64,000 nucleotides of DNA from Longimicrobiales bacterium (GTDB lineage: Bacteria > Gemmatimonadota > Gemmatimonadetes > Longimicrobiales > Gaopeijiaceae), in NCBI GenBank assembly GCA_965206305.1, contig CBDBJI010000004.1, positions 1,955,712 through 2,019,711 on the forward strand, in the 5' to 3' direction. Positions 1 through 8,637 of this stretch are shown one piece after another. Below the pieces are notes generated by a model. The model was not told the DNA's origin. It worked only from the letters and a program-made list of their open reading frames with translations, and searched no databases. A program made the position numbers and the translations under genes. Numbering within the stretch: the first letter of the stretch is position 1; each line of letters starts with the position of its first letter.

Positions 1-39
1 TAAGAGAGGGTAATTTCTTCCCCTTTTCGGGTGGGTATT

Positions 40-600
40 CCGGTCATGCACGTAAGGCCATCGCGGCAGGAAGAGGTCGAGGCCGCTGAGGTGGAAGAGA
101 GTGGCGCGTTCGCGAAGCGTTGGCGGTTGCGAGAGCCGCGGCTGGCGCACGTTCACCGCCCTGATCCGGCTATTGGTGCCTTCGGCCGGTTCGTTGGTGG
201 CGTGGAGGATGATCGCATTGACGGATTCCCCAGAGGTGTAGTCGGATCATCCTGGCGGTCGCCACGACCACGCCAGGCCGCCCCCAGCGCGAGGCCGAGT
301 CGAGCCACCGGTGCAATCCGGCCAGTGCCCAACTCCGGCGCCGGTAGTGTCCAGAGGTTCGCGGTCGCTTCTTCGGCTCCCAAGGCTCCGGGCGGCCCTG
401 CGCGTGCCCGCGCGAAGCCTCGCGACGGCCAGCTTCTCGCGGCGCAACTTGCCGCCCCGGCTTTTCCGCCAACGCCACTTTGGTGCCGACCAGAATCTCG
501 TTGCCTTCCTTCACGAGCGCCTGGGGCTCAAGCACGGCGCACCTTGTCCACCGCGTCGCCGAAGGTTGCTTGGCAACGTTCCTCCCCGAGCTCACCCCCT
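40..600 (-). pseudogene. ISL3-family transposase C-terminal relic (5'-truncated, frameshifted)
   Basis: Minus-strand translation in two frames gives ...LHRWLDSASRWGRPGVVVATARMIRLHLWGI... and then ...NAIILHATNEPAEGTNSRIRAVN...LFHLSGLDLFLP. This resembles, from memory, the conserved C-terminal block of ISL3 (IS204/IS1001-type) transposases. No intact ORF. Confidence 0.35.
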
Positions 601-711
601 TTCCAACCGCACCACTCCCACTGCGGCCGGTGTTGCGACAGCCCGCCAGCCCACACCCATGATTCGACTTCAGCTGTTCCCTAACCCACCAAGACAGGTG
701 AAGAGCCAGCG

Positions 712-1989
712 ATGTTCGTGGCCTTGAACGCGGTTAGGCAGATCGGAACTCGGTGGTGCAAGGTCGTTGGCCTGTTGAGCCTCGTAAGCAGCTGCACGCC
801 ACCGGCAAAAAGGCAGTCCAACCAATCCCTGGAGGTGACCGACAGTGCGGGTGTGCGCATCGTGATAGCCTATGACTCTCTCCGAGCGGAGCATTTTCCC
901 GCCATGCGGCTACTGGCGAAGGTTGATACGATCGGCGTCGGCTTGGGCGACGGACCCTATCAGTTTTCGTACCTTCGGGGTGCCGTACTAACCAGTGAAG
1001 GGGTTCTGATCGCCGATCAGTTGTCGCGCGAGATTCGGTTTTTCGACAGGCAGGGGCGCTTTCTCACGTCGCTAGGAAGAGAAGGAGAGGGACCGGGAGA
1101 GTTTGCAAACCTGTCTTGGATACAGCAGGGGCCCGACGGAATCCTCTTCGCTTGGGATGGTAGGACATCGCGCCTTACGTCGATTGCTATCGGTGATTCC
1201 ACTCTCTCCTTCATGTCGAGCCGCCGACTGAACGTGGTCCCCTGGCATGCCGAGCCCAGGGGGATCGTGGGAGCCGACTGGGTCCTGTTGGTCGGACCGG
1301 GACCGGACAGTCCATCTCCCGTCCCGGGACGAGTCAACGGTGGCGAGATGGTAGTCGGCGTGGCCAACGGGGAGATGCTGCCCGAAATGCACCGACTGGC
1401 CACCGTGCCCAGTCAGGTGGCCTACCTCAGCAACGACATGCGGATCGTGCAGGTTCCCTTTACCGTGCTCCCGACCGTCGCGGTCGGCCCGGAGAGCTTT
1501 TGGCTTGGCAGCGGGGTAAACCGAGAGATTCGTAAGGTCGACTTGGCTGGGGAGGTGAGGATTATCCTGAGGCTCCCGTCCATGGGTCTCGTCACTGATC
1601 AAGATGTCACTAGGTTCATCGAATCGGATTTGCAGGACTACGAACAGGACGAGAGGCCGAGGCGGCGCCAACTGCTGAATGAGATCCCCGTGCCGAAGGA
1701 GCTTCCTGCCTTCAACCGCGTGATGCTCGACGGTCGCCAGCAGCTTTGGGTTGGCGGATTCAATTCCGGTGCGTCACCAATGACACCATGGCACGTGTTT
1801 GATCGAGACGGTTGCCCGGTTGGCCATGTGGCAATGCCCGTGGGCTTACAGGTTCTGGCGATCGGCCACGGGGCAATCGTCGGCGGGATACGCGATGACT
1901 TGGGTGTCCGGCGGGTGGTGATTTATCGTCTAGCTTCCAGTGATCTCCACGCGGAGAGACCCAAAGGTGTCTGTGATGAGCGGCGGTGA
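712..1989 (+). CDS. 6-bladed beta-propeller lipoprotein, paralog 1 (GEGPGEF family)
   Basis: 425-aa ORF with ATG at 712. Lipobox-like LVSSC. Motifs DSAGVRIV and GREGEGPGEF are shared with four other ORFs in the window; C-terminal VVIYRL. Confidence 0.75.
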   Translation: MFVALNAVRQIGTRWCKVVGLLSLVSSCTPPAKRQSNQSLEVTDSAGVRIVIAYDSLRAEHFPAMRLLAKVDTIGVGLGDGPYQFSYLRGAVLTSEGVLIADQLSREIRFFDRQGRFLTSLGREGEGPGEFANLSWIQQGPDGILFAWDGRTSRLTSIAIGDSTLSFMSSRRLNVVPWHAEPRGIVGADWVLLVGPGPDSPSPVPGRVNGGEMVVGVANGEMLPEMHRLATVPSQVAYLSNDMRIVQVPFTVLPTVAVGPESFWLGSGVNREIRKVDLAGEVRIILRLPSMGLVTDQDVTRFIESDLQDYEQDERPRRRQLLNEIPVPKELPAFNRVMLDGRQQLWVGGFNSGASPMTPWHVFDRDGCPVGHVAMPVGLQVLAIGHGAIVGGIRDDLGVRRVVIYRLASSDLHAERPKGVCDERR

Positions 1990-2440
1990 CCCCACTTCCC
2001 GAGAGACCGGGCGGCTCCCGCTCCTCCGATCCGGTCCTTACGGGACGGTCGGGTCATCGACGACCTTTTGGAGATCGGGGCAGATCAAGTTTCGGCGGGC
2101 TTCGTCCCCTCACCGACAGCGTGGAACGGTAGCACGATCGCACGAGGCAATTTGCCGGAGGAGGGGCACGTAGTCAGGTTGATCCACCCCGTGGCGGAAG
2201 TGATGCCCATGTCCATCGACAGGGGCGCTGGCGGGCTCAGTCGGCGCTCCGGTTTCGGGGGTACATGGGCGGCCCCGCATCGCTGGCCTTCATCCCGCTG
2301 GCGCCGGCGCTACGCGCGGGCCGTCTGAACGGGTTCCCCGGAGCGCTTGCGGTGGTGCCCCGCCACCGCATTGCCGGTCGCCGCCGACGGGTCTCCGACA
2401 CGTCTGCGACGCGCTCGTCGCACGCTGCTAAGGCGGTCAA

Positions 2441-2472
2441 GCCAGCAAGCCAGCAAGCCAGCAAGCCAGCAA
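2441..2472. repeat. Tandem 8-bp repeat (GCCAGCAA)x4
   Basis: Read directly: gccagcaa repeated four times, about 100 bp beyond the IS110 transposase stop. Confidence 0.9.
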
Positions 2473-2499
2473 GTATCCATGTCAAGCGGAAGCCGTTTT

Positions 2500-3830
2500 T
2501 CTTTGTAGAGACCTGCCTCGCGGCGTCTCTCGCGACGGCTCGGTTGCGGTGTCCGCTTCTCCCCGGCTCGATCATCCGTGAGCGCTCCCCGCGTGACAGG
2601 GGGTGGGGAAGACGGGGGTGGTGTACTCTCTCGGCGGATGCTCTGTCCAGATGCGGTCCTGCTGGACGAGCGTGTTGGCGAGGACGAGGAGCTTCCGCAT
2701 CACGGCCGTCAGGGCGACCTTCGGCGGCTTGCCCCGGGCCAGGAGCGCCTCGTACTTGCGCTTGAGGTCGGGATTGTACTGGACCGCGACCACCGCGGGC
2801 ATGTAGAGCATTCTGCGGACCCGGTGCCTGCCGCCCTGGATGAAGCTCCGTCCCTTCCAGTGTCCGGACTCCCGGCTAACCGGGGCGAGTCCGGCAAGGC
2901 TGGCGGCGCGCGACCGAGTGAGCATACCCAGTTCTGGCAAGTGGACGATCAGTCCCGCGGCGGTGATGTCCGAGATGCCCGGGATCGAGGTCAGGATCTC
3001 GGCCCGGCGCTCCATTGCCTTCTCCTCCCCGATCCGCTGCCGGATCTCGGTATCGATGAGCTTCAGCTGGCGGTCGATCTGCCGCAGCCTCTGCTTGGTG
3101 ACCCGCTTGCCCACGGGAGTGCGCAAGTTCTTGCCCCGGTTGGTGGTTGCGGTGCGATCCCTGACCAGCGCGTCGCGGATCTGGTGGAGCTCGGCAAGGT
3201 CGCGCTGCCGCTCCGACCGCGCCTGGGTCGGGCGCAGGTCTTCGACAGCGGCCGCCATGGTGGCCAGCATCCGGGCGTCCACCGCGTCGGTCTTGGCGCG
3301 CCGCCCGATGGAGCGGGCGAAGGACCGGACTTGGAAGGGGTTGATCGCGTACAGGGGGAGCCCGGCCTTCAGGAGGGTGTCCTCGAAGTCGCGGTGGAAG
3401 GCTCCGGTGGGTTCGTAAGCGATCCGGACGATCCCGGAGCCGATCCAGGCGATCAGCTTCCGGAAGCCGGCCCTGTCGTTCGGGAACCGGGACGCTCTCC
3501 CCTCGGGGGCGGCGAAGGCGTCGAGCCAGTCCTTGGAGATGTCGATCCCGACGGTGCGGAGGATGCTGCTCATGTGTTCTTCCCTTCTCCTGTGCTTGTC
3601 GTGCGAGCCTCGATGCTCGTGTATCCATTCAGGACATTGGGAAGGACGGTGGCGACCACACTTAGCCACGGCCCCTTACGGCCAGCCAGCCCATCGATCC
3701 GACCACCGTCCCTGTTGAGCGCCCGCTCCGGCTCGCTACGCTCGCCTCTGCGGGCGCTCAACAGCCCGGGCCTTCCCCGTGACCCGGTCATGCAAATCAC
3801 GCGGGAATCTGCATGATTGGTAGAGACAAG
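2500..3830 (-). mobile_element. IS110-family insertion sequence (boundaries approximate)
   Basis: Transposase gene plus about 250 nt of structured non-coding sequence 5' of it. IS110 elements lack classical terminal inverted repeats, so the ends cannot be fixed by eye. Confidence 0.4.
2572..3573 (-). CDS. IS110-family transposase (DEDD N-terminal domain + Transposase_20-like C-terminal domain)
   Basis: Starts MSSILRTVGIDISKDWLDAF, then ...YEPTGAFH...AKTDAVDARMLA...IPGISDITAAGLI...GLAPVSRESGHWKG...VALTAVMRKLL, a typical IS110 family layout. The ORF track's longer 365-aa version adds an unlikely N-terminal extension. Confidence 0.9.
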   Translation of the reverse strand: MSSILRTVGIDISKDWLDAFAAPEGRASRFPNDRAGFRKLIAWIGSGIVRIAYEPTGAFHRDFEDTLLKAGLPLYAINPFQVRSFARSIGRRAKTDAVDARMLATMAAAVEDLRPTQARSERQRDLAELHQIRDALVRDRTATTNRGKNLRTPVGKRVTKQRLRQIDRQLKLIDTEIRQRIGEEKAMERRAEILTSIPGISDITAAGLIVHLPELGMLTRSRAASLAGLAPVSRESGHWKGRSFIQGGRHRVRRMLYMPAVVAVQYNPDLKRKYEALLARGKPPKVALTAVMRKLLVLANTLVQQDRIWTEHPPREYTTPVFPTPCHAGSAHG

Positions 3831-3925
3831 CCAGCATACTCCCCGTGGCCACACTTCGTGCGTCCCCTGCGGAGGCTGGCGGGGGGCTGTGCCCCCTGTG
3901 ACCCCCCTAACGCCAACGGCGCGCC

Positions 3926-4597
3926 GTGAGCCCTGGACGCGCCGTCTGGGTGAAGGTTCGCGCCAGCGAGGCGGAGCGTGCCGAGTGGCACGCCAAGACG
4001 CGCTTCGCTGGCCTCACGCTGTCGGATCTGGTGCGCCGGGCGGTGGGCCGGACGCGCACCTGGACCGTGGCGCACGCAGAGGTCGAGCGCGAGCGCACCC
4101 AGCAGGTGGCGCGCGTTGGCAACAACCTCAACCAGATCGCTCGGTGGGCGAATACCCACAGGGAGGCGGTCGAGGCCGTCGAGGTGATCGGCCACCTCAT
4201 CGCCATCAGGCGGGCGCTCGCCGCGCTGGCCCCTCGTGACGACAGCATGGAGGACGATGCGCGAAGGCGATTCTCACCCTACCCGTACCCCTCGGAGACC
4301 GGCGTTCGTCGATCCTGGGCGATCCTAGAGCCCGTAGATGCCCCGAAACCACTCCCGGATCAGTCGTTTCTGCCCGATCTGCGTAGCGATGGCCGAAGAG
4401 ACAAGGCTCATCGCTCGAACCCTCCCCCGCCGCGCTCGGGGCCTCTGGGCCGGGGCGGCCGGGGAATGGGGATGATGATTCCCGGACCGCGCTCCAGCTC
4501 CCGCGTCTCTTGGCGCTCCCTCATCTCTTCGCGCTCCCTCATCGTCTCCCGCACTGCCCATGCGCGCCGCTCCGCGAACACCAGATCCATTCGATAG
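3926..4597 (+). CDS. MobC-like mobilization/relaxosome accessory protein (RHH); C-terminal half doubtful
   Basis: GTG start. The N-terminal ~105 aa carry the MobC signature ...RVGNNLNQIARWAN.... The frame then stays open for 190 nt antisense into the relaxase 3' end, so the true stop/extent is uncertain. Confidence 0.55.
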   Translation: MSPGRAVWVKVRASEAERAEWHAKTRFAGLTLSDLVRRAVGRTRTWTVAHAEVERERTQQVARVGNNLNQIARWANTHREAVEAVEVIGHLIAIRRALAALAPRDDSMEDDARRRFSPYPYPSETGVRRSWAILEPVDAPKPLPDQSFLPDLRSDGRRDKAHRSNPPPPRSGPLGRGGRGMGMMIPGPRSSSRVSWRSLISSRSLIVSRTAHARRSANTRSIR

Positions 4598-5628
4598 ACC
4601 TTGCGCACACCGTGCTCGATCTGCCGGGCTCTGTCGCCGTGTGCCTTGCCCAGCGCGGTCCGTTCGTCCTTGAGGTACCGGTCGAGATCCTCGCGCCAGC
4701 CCTCGACCAGATCCTTCCGTCCCCGGACCGCACCGACCAGTTCCCACAGCGAGCGCTCGATCCGCCAGACCCTGAGCCGCCCGAGCACGGTGCGGCTCTC
4801 CCGGTCGAGCCTCTGCCGCGTGTCCTCCTGCCGCTTGTGCAGTTCGGCCCATTCCTTCCGCGCCCGGCTCTCGAGCCGCCAGAACCCCAGCCAGCGCCCG
4901 TCCTCGACCTTCTCCCACGCCTCCGCCTCAAGGCGCCGCCATGCCTCCAGGTCGACCCGCTCCTCATCGCGCGGTGCCCTCGCCCGCCGCGCCCGCCCGG
5001 GCTGCATCCCCTCGCGGCGGACGCGCGCCCAGTGGCGCGGCCGGTCCCCCGTGGAGCGAGGCACCTGCTCGCCCGCCCGCCGCCGCTCGTTGTTCTCGAC
5101 CCGCCTCTCGCACCGGATCCGGCCCTGCTCCCGCTCGTAGCCCTCGGCCCAGCGCGACAGCCGGAGCTTGCTGTTGCCCAGCTTCGCCGCCTTTCCGGTC
5201 TCCGGATCGACCCGGTTGGCGATGACGTGGACATGCGGGTGCCGGGTGTCCTCGTGCGCGACGATCAGTGCCTCGTGGCCCTCCAGCCCCAGCGCCTCCA
5301 GACTCCGGTCCACCGCCCGGCTCATCTCGTGCTTGTCGGGCGTCTCGTCCTGCGCCCAGCTGAGCGAGTAGTGCAGGACCGGCTTCGCCAGCTTCCGGCC
5401 CCCTGGCGCACCGCCCGCCAGACGCTTGAGGTCGGGGGCCGCCGTCGCCGTCGCGGCCATCAGCGGCGCGGCGCGCTCCACCCGGATCGTCGCAAGGTTC
5501 CGGGTGTCGGTCCACCCGACCCGCTCCGAGGTCTCCGGACGGCGGTCGTCCGGCTTCGGGGCATCGTGCAGGCAGTACGCCGCGACTCCGGCGAACGAGC
5601 GCCCCAGTCCGTTGATCTTCGGGATCAC
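4408..5628 (-). CDS. MOB relaxase (MobA/VirD2 relaxase/mobilisation nuclease domain)
   Basis: GTG at 5628 gives VIPKINGLGRSFAGVAAYCLHD... and the histidine triad motif HEDTRHPHVHVIANRV. The C-terminal part is a coiled-coil/Arg-Glu-rich tail. The start overlaps the upstream mobC stop (GTGA). Confidence 0.85.
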   Translation of the reverse strand: MIPKINGLGRSFAGVAAYCLHDAPKPDDRRPETSERVGWTDTRNLATIRVERAAPLMAATATAAPDLKRLAGGAPGGRKLAKPVLHYSLSWAQDETPDKHEMSRAVDRSLEALGLEGHEALIVAHEDTRHPHVHVIANRVDPETGKAAKLGNSKLRLSRWAEGYEREQGRIRCERRVENNERRRAGEQVPRSTGDRPRHWARVRREGMQPGRARRARAPRDEERVDLEAWRRLEAEAWEKVEDGRWLGFWRLESRARKEWAELHKRQEDTRQRLDRESRTVLGRLRVWRIERSLWELVGAVRGRKDLVEGWREDLDRYLKDERTALGKAHGDRARQIEHGVRKVYRMDLVFAERRAWAVRETMREREEMRERQETRELERGPGIIIPIPRPPRPRGPERGGGGFER

Positions 5629-5969
5629 CGGTCCAGCGCCTCGCCGGTCAAAAGGCTCGCCGCGACTTCGCCCACCCGCTCGACGGCCTCCAGCGTCCCG
5701 TCCGGTGCCGAGGCCCCGGAGTTCAGGGCGCGGGCGATCTGGTTGAGGTTGACGCCGATCCGGTGGAGTTCGACCCGCTCCCTGGCGCCGAGACGGTGAA
5801 CGGTCGCCTCGCGGATGGGCTGGCCCAGCGCCCTGCAGCGCATGTAGCCGCCCCTCGTCATGCGGGCCGCTCCGGCCCGCTCGGCGATCTCCGCGGCCTC
5901 CGCGGTCGTGACGCGCACGCCGATCGTGCGGCTCCTGCGTTCGGCCTCGGGCTTCCGGGGACGGGCCAT
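5625..5969 (-). CDS. mobC: MobC family mobilization protein
   Basis: MARPRKPEAERRSRTIGVRVTTAEAAEI...RIGVNLNQIARALN; AGGAGG about 9 nt upstream of ATG 5969; stop overlaps the relaxase start. Confidence 0.8.
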   Translation of the reverse strand: MARPRKPEAERRSRTIGVRVTTAEAAEIAERAGAARMTRGGYMRCRALGQPIREATVHRLGARERVELHRIGVNLNQIARALNSGASAPDGTLEAVERVGEVAASLLTGEALDR

Positions 5970-6204
5970 GTCGGGCGGCCTCCTTTGGTGGCGCGCGGAA
6001 GTGTCGTTCGGGGGTCCGGGGGGTGTCCCCCGGCCAGAGGTTTTCGTGAAGCGAAAACACATCTGGCTCCTCCACAGACCGGAGAAACCAGCGCCCCCGT
6101 GGCGCGCCCGCGACCGGGCCGCCAACACTGGACGACGCGCCCGCCCTGCGCGAGGTTTCAAACGCGCAGATCGTGCAGTCCATCGAATCGAGAGGAATCG
6201 AACG
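5970..6204. promoter_or_regulatory. Divergent mobC/int intergenic region; candidate oriT and promoters
   Basis: Two perfect 7-bp-stem hairpins: CCGGGGG-gtgt-CCCCCGG (6016-6033) and GTTTTCG-tgaag-CGAAAAC (6040-6058). Position immediately upstream of mobC-relaxase is where oriT usually lies. No nick site identified. Confidence 0.3.
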
Positions 6205-7365
6205 ATGGCACGCACGAAACGAAGTCGGCGCTCCTACGGCGCCGGAGAGTGGGGCCGCAATCGGGTGAGGGTGTTCCCGGACCCGAAAACCGGCCTGTTC
6301 CAAGTCGAGTGGCGCGAGAACGGGCGCAGGCTCACCCGGTCGCTGGGGCACCGCGAATGGGTGAGGGCGAAGAAGCAGGCGGACGAGTTCGCCGCCGGAT
6401 TCGCCGGCCCGGAGCTGAACGGCAAGGCGGAAGCCGAGCCCGAGCCGCTCACGCTGGGGGGGCTGTTTGACATTTACGGTGAGGAGGTGACGCCCACCAA
6501 GGGCGAGCACACCCGGCAGCACGACCGGACCACGATTGCGATGTTCCTCGGGTTGTTCGGACGGAACCGCGACCCGGCGACCCTCTCCCAACGGGACTGG
6601 GACCGCTTCATCCGCGAGCGTCGGGCGGGAAGGATCGGTCCGAGCGGAAGGCCCGTGTCCGACCGGACGGTCGAATACGACCTCAAGTTCCTGATCGCGG
6701 TTCTGAATTGGGCCGCGAGATCGAGGGACGAGCGGGGCCACCCGCTTCTCGACAGGAATCCGCTCAAGGGCTTCAGAAAGCCCACGGAGAAGAACCCGAC
6801 CCGGGTGGTGCTCACCGAGGACGAGTACCGGGCGCTCCTGAAGGTGGCGGGCCGGTTGGACTGGCGGTTTCGCGTCGCACTCGTGCTCGCGCACGAGACG
6901 GGCCACCGGATCGGAGCCATACGTCAGCTTCGGTGGTGCGACATCGACTTCGAGGGCGGGACGATCCTCTGGCGTGCCGAGCACGACAAGTCGGGCCACG
7001 AACACGCCACGCCCGTCACGGGCGACGCGCTCGCCGCTCTCGACGATGCGCGGAGAAGGAACCCCGGAATCGGAGAAGCACCGGTGCTGCCCGCGCCCAG
7101 GAATCCGCTGGCGTGTCTCGGGGCTGCTCGGTTGCACGCTTGGTGGAGTAACGCCCAGATTCTTGCGGGTCTGGAGCCGAAGCCCGGCAGGGGCTGGCAC
7201 TCGTTGCGACGGAAGTTTGCCAGCGACCTGATGGACCAACCCCTCAAGGTTCTCTGCCAACTCGGCGGCTGGAAGACGGCCAAGACGGTGCTTCGGTGCT
7301 ATCAGAGAGCCGACGAGGGACAGCTTCGGAAGGCTCTGGAAGACCGCCGACGGGCTCGCGGCTGA
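6205..7365 (+). CDS. Tyrosine-type site-specific recombinase/integrase
   Basis: MARTKRSRRSYG...; catalytic-region motifs ...AHETGHRIGAIRQLRW..., HSLRRKFAS and GGWKTAKTVLRCYQ (R...HxxR...Y). Confidence 0.9.
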   Translation: MARTKRSRRSYGAGEWGRNRVRVFPDPKTGLFQVEWRENGRRLTRSLGHREWVRAKKQADEFAAGFAGPELNGKAEAEPEPLTLGGLFDIYGEEVTPTKGEHTRQHDRTTIAMFLGLFGRNRDPATLSQRDWDRFIRERRAGRIGPSGRPVSDRTVEYDLKFLIAVLNWAARSRDERGHPLLDRNPLKGFRKPTEKNPTRVVLTEDEYRALLKVAGRLDWRFRVALVLAHETGHRIGAIRQLRWCDIDFEGGTILWRAEHDKSGHEHATPVTGDALAALDDARRRNPGIGEAPVLPAPRNPLACLGAARLHAWWSNAQILAGLEPKPGRGWHSLRRKFASDLMDQPLKVLCQLGGWKTAKTVLRCYQRADEGQLRKALEDRRRARG

Positions 7366-7499
7366 AATCGAGAATGGCGGGAGTCAAACAGCGGGAATCC
7401 GGGCTGCCAAACATGCAACTACAAGCACCACAAGAAGATGCCGACCAAAACGCACATGCCAGCCCGGCGCCTCGCCGCTCTCGGTGCTCGGGCGGATTT

Positions 7500-7973
7500 A
7501 TCCACGGACTGCTGGGCCAGCACCGCCACCGCCGGGATCCCGTTCGGCTTGGTGCGCGCGAGGCGCCGCAGCGCCGGGTAGTCCTCGCCCATCACCTGCA
7601 GCACGCGCGGCCCCGCGAGAACCATCGCGCTCACCGTGGATACGAGCAGCACCGCCAGCGTGACGCCCATGATCGCGGCCAGCGCGGTCGGGGCCGCGAA
7701 GCCGACGGTGGCCGACACGCACCCCGAGACGAAACCGGCCCGCCGGGTGATAGACGCGCGTCAGGAAGGTTTACTCGCAGCGCCCAGTTCGGCGTAGGAG
7801 AGCGCGCCGCAGAACGCAGCCGCGCCGCCGACCACCCAGAGGAGGAGGAGCGGGAAGGTGGACTGGATGTCGAGGAGCTGGAAGCCGAGGCTCGTGAAGA
7901 CGCCGGTGCCGATCATGTTGGCGACGACGACCGAGGTGGCGGCGTAGGGCCCGTAGCGGCCCTTCCCGTTCAT
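7500..7973 (-). pseudogene. APC-family amino-acid permease, decayed and 3'-truncated
   Basis: [31 protein letters not shown]...YAELGAA then a stop. Continuation ...[10 protein letters not shown] / GFVSGCVSATVGFAAP...AGPRVLQVMGEDYPALRRLARTKPNGIPAVAVLAQ lies in other frames with most of the central TMs missing. Homology ends near 7500, about 135 bp from the integrase stop. Confidence 0.6.
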
Positions 7974-8067
7974 TGGCGCTGAACCTCCGGATTGGCGAAG
8001 ATGAGTGCCGACGATGAATGCCGATGATGAAGAAACTTCGCACCTCATACGTATTTCAAATGCCCCT

Positions 8068-8637
8068 GTGACTCCACTTCCGATCGTTGGCGTGATGGGC
8101 TCGGGTGTCCATGCCCACGGGGAACTTGCCGCGCCGCTCGGCCGGCGGCTCGCGCGGCTGGGGGTTCATCTGCTGACCGGGGGCGGGAGTGGGGTGATGG
8201 AATCCGTGTCGCGGGCGTTCGCGGCGGTGGAAGAGCGGGCGGGGCTGGTGATCGGGGTGCTGCCGTTCGACGAGGCGGATGCCGGGGAGAAAGTCGACCC
8301 CGGATACCCGAATCGGTGGGTGGAGATCACGATTCGCACCCACCTGGGTCAGGACGGGGCAGAGCCCGATTCGCGCAATCACGTCAACGTGCTCACCTCG
8401 GATGTGGTCGTGGCGCTTCCCGGCAGTGTAGGTACGGCTTCCGAGGTCGCGCTGTCGGTGCGCTATGGGCGCCCCGTCGTCCTCTTCGGCGACCTGGACC
8501 GGGCCCGCGGCCTCCCCTCGGAAGTGGCCACGGCGCGCACGGTGGAGGAGGTCATCGCGTTCGTCCGCGAGCGGCTGCGGGACGGCCTTGCGGGCCACGG
8601 TCCCGCCGCGGCCGGCTCCACCGCCAACGCACCGTGA
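8068..8637 (+). CDS. LOG/TIGR00725-like Rossmann-fold nucleotide-binding protein
   Basis: ...PIVGVMGSG...[17 protein letters not shown]...[16 protein letters not shown].... Start uncertain: the ORF opens at 8005, and GTG 8068 avoids the AT-rich presumed promoter. Confidence 0.65.
   Translation: MTPLPIVGVMGSGVHAHGELAAPLGRRLARLGVHLLTGGGSGVMESVSRAFAAVEERAGLVIGVLPFDEADAGEKVDPGYPNRWVEITIRTHLGQDGAEPDSRNHVNVLTSDVVVALPGSVGTASEVALSVRYGRPVVLFGDLDRARGLPSEVATARTVEEVIAFVRERLRDGLAGHGPAAAGSTANAP

Noticed and set aside
31-727. ORFs 31-684 (+) and 311-727 (+) at the left edge.
   Set aside because: Low-complexity Ala/Pro/Arg translations. The minus strand carries recognisable, though broken, transposase-like blocks instead.
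2038-2280. Short minus-strand ORF (MRGRPCTPETGAPTEPASAPVDGHGHHFRHGVDQPDYVPLLRQIASCDRATVPRCR-TGA-GDEARRNLICPDLQKVVDDPTVP) as a third selenoprotein candidate.
   Set aside because: No recognisable family and no redox motif aligned to the TGA. Only a weak 4-bp hairpin lies downstream, and third-position GC is modest. It is more likely non-coding or a gene fragment.
3801-3809. 9-bp direct repeat GCGGGAATC at 3801-3809 and 7391-7399, as candidate attL/attR bracketing the mobilisation/integrase module.
   Set aside because: A specific 9-mer is expected about 0.5 times by chance in 128 kb of two-strand sequence. The left copy lies inside a hairpin that may belong to the IS110 arm, and the permease homology ends about 100 bp beyond the right copy. 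It is worth testing but not supportable from sequence alone.
6178-6210. tRNA-like GGAATCGAAC (T-loop complement) near the integrase start, as a possible tRNA att site.
   Set aside because: Flanking bases cannot form a T-stem or acceptor stem. No tRNA cloverleaf could be built, and the sequence overlaps the integrase start.
4408-7260. 950-aa ORF on the minus strand spanning relaxase, mobC and the integrase antisense.
   Set aside because: Only the C-terminal 406 aa (from GTG 5628) look like a relaxase. Upstream of that the frame runs through the separately framed mobC gene and antisense through the integrase. The same logic trims ORFs 10904-12949, 34880-38032, 5860-7365, 38341-40173, 39713-42460, 51787-53133 and 56536-58749 to internal starts.
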